Positions 27,943 to 40,872 of a stretch of DNA of 64,000 bases are shown here, piece after piece. A program made the position numbers and the translations under genes. Source of the stretch: Ascidiella aspersa (Eukaryota); assembly GCA_963924565.1 (NCBI GenBank), contig OZ004607.1, forward strand, positions 4,712,001-4,776,000, read 5' to 3'. Numbering within the stretch: the first letter of the stretch is position 1; every line of letters begins with the position of its first letter. The notes beneath the pieces were generated by a model. The model was given only the letters and a program-made list of their open reading frames with translations. It had not been told where the DNA came from and ran no database searches.

Positions 27943-29115
27943 CTGCGCGGAGACGAACCATTCAAGTGTTAGGAAGGGTTGCAACTATAGACTGACTTGG
28001 TGGACAACTGTATTTATTTCAGCTTTTTTTAAATGAGGTTAGAAATCATAAAAATATTAAAGCTCATACAGAAGTAGGTAGCATTTTGACGTTTCCAATA
28101 TATCTGATGTTGAAACTGAATAAAAAGTTATTCGAAACGTTTAAAATGATACCTACTTCTGTATGGGCTTTAATATTTTTATTACGCAAAGAGAATATAT
28201 TGATTGTTCGAACACTGCCACCTCCAAACATTATGCTTCAGAGATCACAATTAAAATGTGATCATTACAGTTTTTGAAACTAGGTTAGAATTAGAATTAT
28301 CGAAATCTTGAAAATCAGAATTTAAACTAGAACTATATTTTATTATTTATAATCAATATTTATATTTAAATGTAATTATATTTAAATGGCAATTCATTCT
28401 CATAATAATGCGATTTGTAAATATTTGTGTGCTAAGTTTTATATTCTTTAGCATAACCTATGCTTTTCAGACTGTAAGTTTACCTACAAGTCGTTACCGA
28501 AGAATATTAATTCAAATTCTTTGTTTCGAATTTGATCCTAAAAATGCCGTTGGACAAACTATCATCTTTACGAAAATTTGAATTAAATTAGAACTAGAAT
28601 TATAGCAGACAGTAAATTCACAAATTAGATTAGAATTAGTCGAATTTTGTTTTAATTTATTGAATTAGAAAACTAAAATTATCTAGTTGTCAAAGTCTGG
28701 GTGACCGTGTGTTAGACAAACCGCCAGTGCTAACAACAAGTCAAATTGCTGTTAACCCAGAGTCACTCAAGGGCCGCGAGACCTTTTCGGCGTGAAAAGG
28801 GTGACGACTTCAAGGCATACCCGGGCCTCCTACTTTCGATCACCCTTCACCCCTCGCCCCAGAGCCCCATACACTAAGTGACGGCGCGCGTGACGGGCCA
28901 GCTGCGCGCGACGCCCATTGTGACGTGAAACGAAACTGCCGGGTCGTCGCGGTCGCTTGCCGAACGACTTTCAAAACGCGCGCCCGTCAAAATAACACGA
29001 GCAAGGATGTTTAAGGCGTTTCAATCACGACAGCACGTGCAAATACGCCGCACTATAACCACCTCCTCTTTTCCAGCGGTCACTCAAATTCACACTTCGC
29101 CTTCACACGCTATAT

Positions 29116-29419
29116 CAGGGGTTCTTGAACGATGAATACTTTAGGGGGGCGTGAACTAGTTTTAGGGGGTCCATGAAGGCTTAATTGAAATATTAGTGGA
29201 TATTTGGAAAGCAATTAATTTTTTAAGGTTAAAAGTTAAAAATTAAACTTTGCACTAAATGTATTTATACTCTGTTTCACTTTCACATTTTTTAATTTGT
29301 CCTTGTAATTTGACACCAATTTTTGACGCAATCTCTAGAAATTTCTTGCCTAACCTGGTCCATGCAAAGCAAAAACTTTTTTTAAGGTTCCGCGGTAAAA
29401 AAACGTTTAAGAACCACTG
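29116..29419. mobile_element. hAT-type MITE (same family as 57239, inverted)
   Basis: CAGGGGTTCTTGAAC...GTTTAAGAACCACTG, with degenerate TSD cgctatat/tgctctat. Confidence 0.8.
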
Positions 29420-30614
29420 TGCTCTATGCATGGGAGATATAATAAGAGTATCAAAGCCCATAAAGAAGTATAGGATTTTTCATCGTTTCGAATAACTCTT
29501 TATTCATTTTCAACATGAAGAGTTATTCGAAACGTTTAAAATGATAATTTCTTCTGAATGGGCTTTGACATTCTTACTACGTTTTACAACTCCAACCATG
29601 ATGCTTCAAAATAAAGGAGCTGCTTTTACAAGTTGCCTGACAGGGAGGCTGAATAAATGCTATACTCAAAACGCTGGTTATTTATAGAACTTGATTGTTG
29701 TTTCTTGCTTGATTGATACAGAGTCCGGTTGTTTAGAAAAACGACTAATTGTGAAATTGGTGAAGCGGAGTGATTCATCTTCAAGGCGTTCGATATATAC
29801 TTTTAAAAGACTTGACTATATTCGATATATAGTGCACATAATTTTTATATAACTTATGACGGATTCAGTTGACCTCCTGGAGCTGTTTAACCAGAATATG
29901 AATTTCCGTCTTTGTCTGTCTAAATTGAATGGTACAATTTTCAAAAATTGACTTTAAACGTGTCAACCGTTTGTTCACCAACACTTGCAAAATCGGGATA
30001 AATATATAAACTGTAATGCAGCGGTCGAGATGTAATAAAGCTTGGAGGTAGATGTCGCCTGCGGAGCCATTTACCAGATAATATCGCGTCGTATCAAGCC
30101 ATCGCATTTGTTCGTCATCTGCAGATCTTCGGCGTAACATAGTCGCAATGGGGTAGTGACTAATGTTCGGCGCTTTTTCAATCGCGCCAACCACTCAGTG
30201 TTTTGGTAACACGAGTGTTCGCCCACTGCAGCTATTGTACTGCAAACACAACAAAAAGCACACGGGATGAAAGCGTTTTTTATTAGACGGCCAGAACGCG
30301 GAAATGCCTGTTTACCTTTTGCTTTTTGGAACAGTTGTACGACCCTGAGTGAAGAAAAGTGGCCACTCCTCTTGCTTGCATAGGCGATTATTTAATTATA
30401 GCACGGGCCGTGGACGGTTCACGGGCGACAAAAGGGCCGAGGTGAGAGTTGGATCTGTGTTGACGTTTCGCATGCGCGCATGCCGCACAATTAGAGATTG
30501 GCGCTTTGAAGATCTCGCGGCCGGAAACGGGCGACTCAAACCCGGCCAAATTAAACATCTGTCCCCAAAGTGGCGCTGGCCGTGCGCAGACTTGGACAAC
30601 TATAGATAATTCAA

Positions 30615-31022
30615 GTGTTCTAATTCGATGAGTTAGAGCAAAATTCGGCTAATTTTAATTCTAATCTAATGTTTGAATTACTTGTGTGACCCAATTCTAG
30701 TTTTGATCTCATTCGGATTTTACCAAAAATGCTACTTTGTCCAACTGCATTTTTGGTAAAAAAAGAATTTCGAATAAAACTCTTTGGTTGGAACGACTTG
30801 TATGCAATTTTTACAGTCTAAAAAGCATAAAAAATAGCACACACATATTTACCATTCACTTCTTATTAGAATAATTTGCGATTTAATTTAAATTGATTGT
30901 GAATAATTAAATGTAATTCTAGTTCAAATTAGATTTTTTGGAATCGGGTAATTCTAAATCTAATCTAATTTGGAAAAAAATAAAATGCTCAAAATTTAAT
31001 TCTAATCTGAATTTAAAAACTA
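30615..31022 (+). repeat. AT-rich dispersed repeat family C (AATTCTAATCTAA motifs)
   Basis: Shares tttggttggaacgactt...aattttta.ag.ct.aaagcata with 53395-53788 and, inverted, with 28243-28690. Confidence 0.78.
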
Positions 31023-34000
31023 TAATAAATCTATAAGGCATAATGGTTGGAGGTTCTAGTAAGACGTAATAAGAATATCAAAGCCCATACAGAAGTAGGT
31101 AGCATTTTGAACGTTTCGAATAAATCTTTACTTGTTTTCAACATCTAATTGTAAGTCTGGCCGTGCGGGTTCAGTTCCAATAAACGGCTAAAAGCTGCAA
31201 CAGGGTGACGCCCCCTGAAACCCCACGCGCGGTTGACCGAACAAAAACAAGCTTAAAGCGCCCAAACTGACGTAATTTATTTTTCAACGTTCAAGGCCAG
31301 CGGTATGTGGGCGCCGCGACTTGGCGTGAAAAGAATGAGCAGTGTTAGCAGCCGAAGTGGCGGGGTATTTTTAATTTCCTGTTCGTCAAAGCGAGAAGAA
31401 ACTCATTACGCTGCTGTGAGTGTCTTGGCGCATTGTGGCACGGAAACGGGCGTGAAAGCTTTGGGGAAAGTGCAAAAAAAGGTCTGAAATGCAAACAAAG
31501 TGAGCTGACGTAAAGTTACGCCAATGGGCTCCGACCTTGTCCCCTTGTGGAATTTTAAAATGCGTTTATTATTATTGTTTATAAGTGTAATATGTATTAC
31601 TTACGAAGGTTAAAAACATTATACATTATTTCATAATGACGTCGGCCATCAAGGGTGCTAGTGGCGAGCCCATCGCAACTCCGTCTAACTGCTTGTATAT
31701 TCGGTCATCGAACTGAAATGTTGTGGTCTCAGCCACCATTATACATTATGCATTGATAAATTTATAAGAATGAAAATATCGTATGTATATATTAAAATTA
31801 TAGGTACTGAAGTTAAATTATGTGTATAAATTCATATTGCCACCCCGAAACTATAGAGCTTGGTTATTCATATGAAATAGATTTATATATATAATAGACT
31901 ATTTTAATTTAGTTTGATGTTCAAAATGAAAAACAAGGGTAATGAGTGACTATCTTTTTCGGTTCAAAGTTATCACATATATACGTTGTTCGTATCAATA
32001 TTTTATGCAATATTACTAGAGTTATAAACTTGAATCAATTTCTGGTTCCTAGTGCTAACATTGCTACTTGTTTGCATGATAATAAAGCTTGCAGGCCAAA
32101 ACTGTACTGACAGGAAAAAACTACGATAAAAAACAAAAAAAGCAGATTTTTTTCATTTTTTGTAGCTGTGATGAAAATAGCTGCTTTCGTCCTCTCTGCT
32201 TTGGCAATCATAACTGTCAAAAGGCGATGCCAATCAATCTTTCGGGCAATATAACGTTGTTTCTTTTTTACCAAACAGAAGGAAAATTTACCGAAGGAAT
32301 AACAGTGTTCCGCAATAAAATTAGTGCTGCCAGAAGTTTGAATCATAATATTGAAACGTTGTGCCATGTGCCATGAAGAATTGACAGACAGTATAAAAAT
32401 AAGGCCAATTCTTCTTTGTGTATTTAGGTCTATTCGAAATCTTTGTTACCGGTCCGCAGCAGGGTTGCCAGATTAAAATTTTTGATTTAAAACGTACGAA
32501 TAACGCCGGAAAAAACAGAACTAAGTCAAAAATAATTAACTGTAGTTCTTTATTCAAAAAACATTAATTTTCGTTTAAACATACTCCATGGTTAATTGGT
32601 ATGATAAAAAGTATTGAGCCTACGTGAGGTTGAGAACAAACCAGTGTGCTGTGGCCATATGAGCTGCATCGCAAAATGATTTATTATTTTGATGGTCAGG
32701 CAGGAAATTTTTCGAAACAAACGTATACATTTTAATAAGTTCATTGAAAAAAAAATCTAAAACGTCACATCCTCTTGGTAAATAGTGAATTGTTAGAATA
32801 ACAAACGACGCTAAATATAAACGACACTAGTTGGCATAGCTGCATATAGCACAAACTGAATTAAGGTAATGAGTTGTGGTTTTCAAACTTTTTTAGCAAG
32901 ACCCATTTTTGTTTAAAAACATGTTAAACCCGACCTGAACTACTACATGTCATAAGAATATGTTTGCGGTTAAGCAGAACTGATGATGCATTTTGCGTAA
33001 CTATAATATTTTGCTTATTTTGAATAAAGTTATTTTAGATGGTTTTTATACCCTTTGTGGCTCTGTTTGGATCTGTCATAATTCAAGGGTCAAACTTTTA
33101 GTGTTTTATTTAAACACTGCTTTAAACACTGCTCCTAGTGGCGCGCTTTGCCTCGAGCAGAAACGTGTCTCCTGCGTTTACTTCATTTAAGACGTGACTT
33201 TGTTGGTGTTAACATCTACTTTTTTGCGGTGTAAGTTAATTTTTTGTGTTGAATATTATTGTTGGTCACCTTTGTTTATCCAGTCGAATTAAGGAACTAG
33301 ATTGTTGTAACCATTATTGTGTTTATTGACTATTAACTGATTACGACTTCAACTTTAAATAAAAAAAAAAGTTTGGCTCGGTCAACATCAAAACACCCAT
33401 GCACCACCAAAATTTTACCAGGCTTCACCGATGGCGCACAGCCCCACTTTGAAAACCACTGGGCAACCGAACTGTTCCATTAAGTCTCTATTTCAAACTT
33501 CATTTTCTTCGTAAGGAATTCGGAGAATACGAGGTAAAAATCGGTGGGTGAAAAAAAAAACGAAAAGGGATGCGACGGCGAAAGAATAAAATACCGACGA
33601 GCTTGATTTCCTCGTAAAGTTCGGGGTTGGGAGGTGAGAGGAGGGGCAGAAAGAGTGGAAAAGAAAACAATTCGGATTGACGGCAGGCGAGCAAACGACC
33701 GAACATCACAACGATCTCTGTTCGCGTGCGACCCTCGCGTTTCAGTGTCCCGGGTGCATCGCGCCAAGCACAATAAGTGGCAAGCGAGCCGCTAAAACAA
33801 CACCCGGGCCTGTGGGACGCGCGCCCAAGACACCGGCCAATCGCAAATGACGCGTCGAACAATGGGTATTGGCCGGGGGGATGGGGGCGATAGGCCTCGG
33901 TTGGCGCGGAGACGGATTGCGACTGATATGGCTTCGAACCGCGGCAGATTTAATCCAAGACAGGTGCCAGTGGTTTTGGCGTGACGGGATCGCTTTAAAG

Positions 34001-34245
34001 GGTGCCAGGCCAATTTCCCGGCCACGTTTTTGGGGACCTTTACCTCCTTGCCAGGCGTATGTATTGTCATACTTTTAGGGTTTTGCTTCTTTTTTAGATT
34101 CGTCTCGTTTTTTAATTGGAAGAGGGGGCAAAAATATATCGTTTTGAAGAAGACAGCGTTTCGCTTTGGAACACAGTACACTTTTTTTAGTAACTTTTTA
34201 AAAAATACTACGGCCAATATATTCGATAAAATCGACGTTTTGTAG

Positions 34246-34289
34246 TTTACCAACGTTTCGGCAATAACTCATGCCATCATCAGAGTAAA
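34246..34289 (-). ncRNA. Minimal hammerhead motif in the left arm of a fold-back element
   Basis: Minus strand reads tttact-CTGATGA-T-GGCA-tgagttat-TGCC-GAAAC-GTT-ggtaaa, with 6-bp stem I and 4-bp stem II. Confidence 0.7.
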
Positions 34290-34366
34290 AATACAAGTGA
34301 AGATAAAAACCATAAGACAATTCAATAAAACGATAACACGGTATCGTTTTTATCTTTATTTGTATT

Positions 34367-34410
34367 TTTACACTGATGATGGCATGAGGCATTGCTGAAA
34401 CGTTTTTAAA
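34367..34410 (+). ncRNA. Minimal hammerhead motif in the right arm of the fold-back element (weaker stems)
   Basis: tttaca-CTGATGA-T-GGCA-tgaggcat-TGCT-GAAAC-GTT-tttaaa. Confidence 0.58.
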
Positions 34411-35390
34411 CAGTGAAATGTCGATTTTACTGAATATAATGTCTTTTAAAATTTTTATTAAAAGTGATTCACCTTTTAGATAAACACACCTGAACTGTTC
34501 TCGTCTGCACGGCTACTTTACAACTATCACGAGTCCCATTCTTTTACACTGTTTTTTGTTTGGCGATTCTTGCACACAAAACAACAGCCTTAGAGCAAAC
34601 ACGGAAAAAGGGAGCCGTGTACTTTTAAGTGGCCGCTTCAACTGGCCTAAAAATTCAACGGTCTCGGGCCGTCAGGTGCCGCAGTTCGCGTCAATCCAAC
34701 GATGCCAGACAGGTTGAGTGATGGTCTCAGCGCCTTAACGACGACACAACGCACTAACAAGCGGGGCGACGATTTCGGGGCGACACATGAAAAGGATTCG
34801 GGGGCCGATCGGATCCCGTCAGTTATGTCACAATGGGCTCTAGGGGGGAGTAAATGAAATGAAGGGGTATTTGCGAGATGACGGCGTCGCTTTGCGTTGA
34901 GGATATCAAGAAGCAACCGCGATCTTCCGGGTAGAAGCGCAGATCAACGGGAACGTTTCCGTGCCGCGTGCCTCTTGCCAAAACACGGCCTTTTTAAGCG
35001 TTTCTCGCGTTGATGGAAGGTCGTTCGAACTCTTGACGGAAGTTGGACAACGACCAGCGCGAGTCGAAATCGAGTGAGTAAAAAGCGGCAGTTTTTTTGT
35101 CGGTTCGTTGACAAGTCAACGGCGACTGGTGGCGTTGTTTGCATTGCAGAGAGTGCGCGCGACGCCAGGATCGATTTGTAACTTGACAAATTTAGCTAAT
35201 ATAAAGGATGGGGTTGTGGGGGTTGCTACCAAAGAAACGCTAACAAAAACCTTCAACGCTGTTGGCTTGGAATCCTAAAGGCGGAATGCGTTAAGGCAAC
35301 TTGCAAAACAAACGACCGACGTCAAACCCATAAAAGAAAACTGTGGCGGGGAGTTATTTGCTGGGAAAGTAAACTGTTTTGTAAGCTCAC

Positions 35391-35515
35391 CTGATCCGGC
35401 CTCAATCGTTAGTCGCGAGAGGCTGCTGCAGCAACCGGTGGAGGAGGGGTCATCAAGGTTACCACCATAGCGAGGAGCCGGAGTCGGAACCGGTTCAGAG
35501 CGGGTTGAGTGAATT
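35391..35515 (-). CDS. BCAS3: BCAS3 internal exon
   Basis: tcttccag|A...CAG|gtgagc, 125 nt, phase 2 to 1. Reads IHSTRSEPVPTPAPRYGGNLDDPSSTGCCSSLSRLTIEAGS (human IQPVRSDPVSMP...TVIDAAS). Confidence 0.88.
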
Positions 35516-35629
35516 CTGGAAGATGAACGCTGATCGTTACTACGCGCCTTAAATTAGGATAAAACCAGCAGAATGCGCTCTATAGATGGGTGGCGGAAAG
35601 CACATTAGAGGAATGTGAAATTGTTTGTA

Positions 35630-35850
35630 TTAACAGAGTGTAGCAAGCATTTGGCTAGCCTACGATTGTTTCTCGACTCGCTCCTCTATGAGCCTATGTA
35701 GCTCAGTTGGTAGAGCGACGGTGCCGGCTTGACCGGAAGTCGTGAGTTCGAACCTCACCGCAGGCTAGTTGTTTTTTAAACTGCCTTGATTGCATCATTG
35801 ATCGACAGACTCGGTGAGTTTGTGATTGCTTTTCGGTGTAGTAACATTAG
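35630..35850 (+). mobile_element. tRNA-derived (SINE-like) repeat
   Basis: A-box TAGCTCAGTTGG and B-box GAGTTCGAACC inside a cloverleaf-like 35692-35766 with an irregular anticodon arm. Homology to 41218-41440 extends on both sides of the tRNA-like part. Confidence 0.8.
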
Positions 35851-37455
35851 AGGAGCAATAGGAATATTTTATTTTTAAACCAAACTAAATTAGGTAAAAG
35901 TGAAGATGTAATACAGGATATTTTAGGGAACATTTTTGATAAGAAAGTTCAGTAATACCCTGCTTCAAAACGGAGTCGGTTTATTGAATTAAACTTGGCG
36001 CAGAACGATTTAACAAATACTAAAAACAAAAAAATAGTGACAAGGTAAATAATGAGAATAAAATTCAAAAATTTCGAGACTTCAGCGAATCTATTGCCTA
36101 GAAATTTAACTGGTTTGCACGACTTATCATAGTTTGCCAAACTCCATGCATTTTTTCCGGCACCCTGTCTATTGCGAAGTAGATCAATTGCGAAATAAAG
36201 CTCATTAAAATGACCACAGTAACAGTAATTAAAAAAATAAAATGCATGTTGGATTACCTGAACAGTTTGCAAGCCTTGAATGAAGTTAGCGAGATGATGT
36301 TTCACAATACACATGCAAATCTAAAACATGCATTTCGAAGGGGAAATCAAGTTAGGCTCAAGCTGATATATTTGGACTCTCTTTAGAAAAACATCCCTTA
36401 AACTTGTAAATTCGATTAAAGAACAGCATATTAACTCTCATACTGACTGGATTCTTTAGCAACCTAATTTCTGCTATATCAATACATTATATTATTAAGG
36501 GTAAAAGCAATACATTTATATGCTATACATCCTGTACGACTTTATCACCATTTGGTTCTGCTGAAATTGTTTCAGAAACTTGTGCTGATGATCTATCTTG
36601 TATATGTTTTCTCTAAGTAAAACTTCTGCGTAACTTGTCTAAATAATCTGAACTGATACTTTTAAATGGGAAACCTCGAACCAAACTTTAAACTACAAAC
36701 TGAACTAAAACGTTTTGCCATAACCATATAAGCATATTGTATCACACGTTAGCTAGCAGGTCAATATATCTTAGATCAAAATAAAAATTAAAGTTCACCT
36801 ATTTATACACAAACGCTACTTGCATTACTAAATAAGAGCAACCGGTAAAAAACATCAACAGTTCTTGCAGCGTGTAAAAAACAGAGAAATACTGACATCT
36901 CAAAAACATGAGCTTGCCTAACACAATAAGATATTGGCTTAATATGTAAACACTAGTTTTCAAACGAGCATTTAATACCAAACATTGAATCACTAATGAA
37001 GTGTTGTAATTAACTATTCTGAAATAACTTTATTTAGTTGTTTGTTGTCAAAAATGCACCAACAAATGTAAATTCTATAACCTAATAGTTTGTTTCAATT
37101 AATGACCTAAACAGGCTTGATTTGTTTTTTTTTTAAGAATTGCTTTACACTGAAATCAGTAAACTACCTGAAAACAAGACTGTTCTATGAGATGTTTATT
37201 TTCTAAGAGCGATGTCAATTTTTTTTTGATAGCGATATAACACTTTTCTAATAGCGGTGCCATGAGAAAACTGAACTGCTTTGGCTTTATAATTATCAAT
37301 TAAAATATTTTATTAGTAAGCATTCAGCAATTTGTGTTTGAAAAACACCAGAGTTAATCGTTCTGATTTTTAATCATTTCTAAAAAAACAATTGGTCAAG
37401 ACAAGTTAGTGCTACTAACTTTCCACCTATACACCGAGGCATGCATCCTACTCAC

Positions 37456-37572
37456 GGCAAAGAATCGACGTCAATCTCGTCATCCTGGAGATCTCCTGCT
37501 TGAGCGCCCCCTGGCGACGGCCCGTTGTCGTACTGGAAATCCTCTAGGTGCTGCTGGTGCGACAGTAACGCG
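37456..37572 (-). CDS. BCAS3: BCAS3 internal exon
   Basis: ctgcag|C...CC|gtgagt, 117 nt, phase 2 to 2. Reads ALLSHQQHLEDFQYDNGPSPGGAQAGDLQDDEIDVDSLP (human ...DFDTDDLDLNSL). Confidence 0.88.
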
Positions 37573-38190
37573 CTGCAGCGTAACATAAAGCGCCTTAACT
37601 CAGCAGACCCGGGCATTAAATGAAAAATATGGTGTAAGTAGAAAAAAGACACACTGATGCTAGGAAAAAAAACAAGTGGACGTTGGTTTGGAGAAAAAAA
37701 CAACAACTTGAACAGTTGCATTAACACAGTGGTTTCCAACCAGGAGTGAACTCCCAACTAAGAAAACAAATCTTAGTTTACGAAATATTGTGCAAGTCTA
37801 GGTCACTTGATTAAGCTTATTGTGACGTCATTCTGTTTGTGCGATATCATGTGATTTAGATAATTAATGCTAGATTTGCTTATAATCGAGAGGTTAATTT
37901 CTGTTTTAAGAATTACATTAAAAAATATTAACGTAAACAATACTTTAGCAAACTTGAAGGGGTGAATTATATTTGAATATCGAGTAAATGGTTGCACAGG
38001 ACAGAAAAGGCTTGGAAGCACTGTACTAAGTCATGCATACAAAATAAGGCAGAAATTAGCGCTTTGGGATGAATTGGAAACCACAAGCAGATTTAATTTC
38101 GTTTAACAGATGAATCACGAGGTTTAACACAACATGCAAATCGATCCGTTTATTTCTCACTTCAAACCATAGAAGAATATGTTAATTTAC

Positions 38191-38303
38191 CTTGAGAGCG
38201 AGGAGAGGACGTGGGTATTCCCCGTCGACTGGAGGGGTTTGAAGTGGAACTGAGGCCCCATCCACAATCGACGTGCTGGACCCTCATGGGTATTCATCTC
38301 AAT
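38191..38303 (-). CDS. BCAS3: BCAS3 exon with the conserved BCAS3-domain motif
   Basis: ttgttcag|ATT...AAG|gtaaat, 113 nt, phase 0 to 2. Reads [37 protein letters not shown] (human [37 protein letters not shown]). Not in the ORF track. Confidence 0.95.
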
Positions 38304-38332
38304 CTGAACAATGTATGAATGACTAATAATTT

Positions 38333-38507
38333 TAGGGTTCTTAAAAAAACAATTTTTTGTGGAATTTCAGCGGGGATCCCCTTGAATTGTTAGGTTGCGT
38401 CTAAAAAATCTAAGAACGTTTGGTTCAGTATACACAATTCCTAACCAACAAATCCAGGGAGTACCCACTGAAATTCGACAAAAAAGTGTTTTTTTAACAA
38501 CCCTACT
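38333..38507. mobile_element. Small fold-back MITE
   Basis: About 55-nt inverted arms: tagggttcttaaaaaaacaattttttgtggaatttcag...ctgaaattcgacaaaaaagtgtttttttaacaacccta. Confidence 0.75.
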
Positions 38508-39075
38508 AATCATGCTTTTAAATGTTTGACAATGAACAGTTTATTAAGGCGTGGTAGCCATCGAAAATTTACCAAAAATGTTGTATTGTTTACGATCAGT
38601 AAAACACAAAATTAAGAACCACGCCGAAAAAAACAACAAATCAAATTGAATAATCCCTAGATCCGTGGCGGCACCTGTTCCCTAGTGAACACAGGTTGTC
38701 CGAGAAATGGGTCAGACCACAACAGACTTGCTCAGAAATTCCCGGCCTCTTCTTGGCCAATGGGAAGAACCAAGCCACAACCCTTATCCACCTTCTTTAC
38801 TTTTTCTTATTTTCCCTTAGTTAAGTTCACCGTTTATGGACAAAAAAAGAAAGAAACACATGCCACTCTACACAATGTAAAATTAAAAAAGTCGTACGAT
38901 TTATACTTTTTCTATAAAGCTCTGGACGAAAATCGGTCTTACACATACCAAAGCAAAGCAAAAAATGAATAGCGGTAAAAACGAGACATGACCAGAAAAA
39001 AAAAATTCCGGTCCATATATAACAACATAATTGATCCCTTATCAAAAAACTGCCAAAAATAAGGGCGCCACTGAC

Positions 39076-39604
39076 CTGCGATGGCCAGTCGTCCTCAGAA
39101 GCACTCCTGCACAATTCCGTCTTATTGGCGAGATCGGTCACCCCTTTGGGCGGCTCTTTTTCATCGGGAATCTCATCTCCGTTCCGTCGCATTTTTTCCG
39201 CTTTTGGCGCCGGCTGGTCAATGTGGGTCGACCTGGGGTTGCGTGGGGTCACTGGTGGGGCCTTTCTGCCCTTGGAGCTGTTGGCCAGCGGCACGGCGCC
39301 GCCGGGGGCCGAGGGCAGCCTCGATTGTTTGCCGCGCGATTCGCGAGCTTTCGGCTGTTCGCTACGCACCCCTTTGCCGCCACCCAACGGCGTCGGCGAG
39401 ACGGTTTCGTCGCCCGCTAGAGGGATGGACACGAAGCCTTGAGGCGTCGGGGAGCCGTTGTTGAGGAGCGGACAATGCGAGTCGTGATGCGCCGGTTTGT
39501 GACGTAATCGCGTCGCCTCGTGGTGACGTCGACAGCGGTCGTCGGCAGCCAGGACGGCGTTGCGCGGGGTCAGCGAGAGGGGAACCAAGCCCCACGAGGG
39601 GCAC
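39076..39604 (-). CDS. BCAS3: BCAS3 internal exon with a long low-complexity insertion
   Basis: Acceptor cctatcgcag|G, donor CAG|GTCAGT, 529 nt, phase 2 to 0. Reads CPSWGLVPLSLTPRNAVLAADD...SASEDDWPSQ (human TPQWNEL...LLLAAD...EDEEWLSQ). Confidence 0.88.
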
Positions 39605-39627
39605 CTGCGATAGGTGATGATCGAGGT

Positions 39628-39850
39628 GAGCATATTTATCGTGTGTGGCAAGTAAAAGTAAACAAAGTTGTCAAATCGGCTAGATACATAAAGTAAAATT
39701 TTTAGCTATAGTTAAGAAAAGCATATTTAACGCGTTGAGCAAATAAAAGTATACAAAGTCAGCAAATGTGCTTCATACATAAAGTAAGACTTATTTTTAA
39801 TTTTAGGTTGGATAAAAAAGCATATTTATCGTGTTGGGCAAGTAAAAATA
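39628..39850. repeat. Degenerate tandem repeat, about 3 x 95 nt, in a BCAS3 intron
   Basis: agcatattta.cg.gtt...gcaa.taaaa occurs three times. Confidence 0.65.
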
Positions 39851-40872
39851 TAACATTCCGTAAATAGGCTTGATACCTAAAGTAATACTTTTTAAGTGTA
39901 TGGTAATAAAAGCAAACACAATATTTATACTTTGCTACTCCATACAGTTTCACACACTATATTCATCTTTATCCTATCACCTGTTAAAAATCAACCAAGA
40001 CCATTAAATATTTTCGTTATGCGTTCTTATCAAGTTTTGGTCTTACATTGCTATTAGCGTTGCCGACAATGAAAAAGTTTGGAAACCAAAATTGTGTTAC
40101 GCAATGCGTATTACCAAGAAATCGCTGTTACAAGTTTGCGAATGAAGTTTCTCATGAAATTTAATTATAAGAGTTTAATCCGCATTCTTTCCAACATTAC
40201 GACCACAATCTACTTGAGAAAGGTCAGCCTTACCACGGCGAGGGCGCGAACGGCACTGGTCTTAAAATAACCATAACCAAAGTGCAATTAAGCGTTGGAA
40301 CATGTACAATATAAAGCCCTATCAGTGCCGTCCAACGAACAAGCAATTTTCCAGACAATCGCCTGAGCCGGAAGGGTTGCGGAGTTGGTCAGAAATTACC
40401 CCAAGTTCGACTCCCGAGTCCCGGAATCGACTCCGGCCAAATTTTGTAAAGTCCGACTCTATAACAGCCTGTATTTTACCCATTTACGTAACTTAGTTAA
40501 TGTGGATATTAGGCAATCCACTAACAGGGTTTTTCAACCTAACAAACGCAACTGTTTCGCGCTTCACGCGATTAGACTGCTCTTGCAATTTGTAGATGGG
40601 TTGTCTTAGACTAAGACAGCAGTTTTTTTTAAAGATTTATTGTTTTATGGTAAAATAAAAAAGTTAGCGAAGAAATGTCCATAAACCACTTTAAAATTAT
40701 ACATATACCAGTGGTATTTGTCTTGAGTCACGAGATGTTCACAATGCTCAAATTAAAAAGTGACACCGAAAAAAGTTTGGGACCAATGATATTGGGAATA
40801 CAAAAAATCATTAAAACAATTGAAATTTCACCATTGCAACATTCAGTTATAAAACTTCGCAAGTCAATATAC

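Noticed and set aside
35692-35766. Functional tRNA gene
   Set aside because: The anticodon arm is irregular, the acceptor stem has a mismatch, and a diverged second copy shares long flanks, so it behaves like a repeat.
38827-39651. Stand-alone 274-aa gene from the ORF track
   Set aside because: It is a BCAS3 exon (39076-39604) plus intronic read-through.
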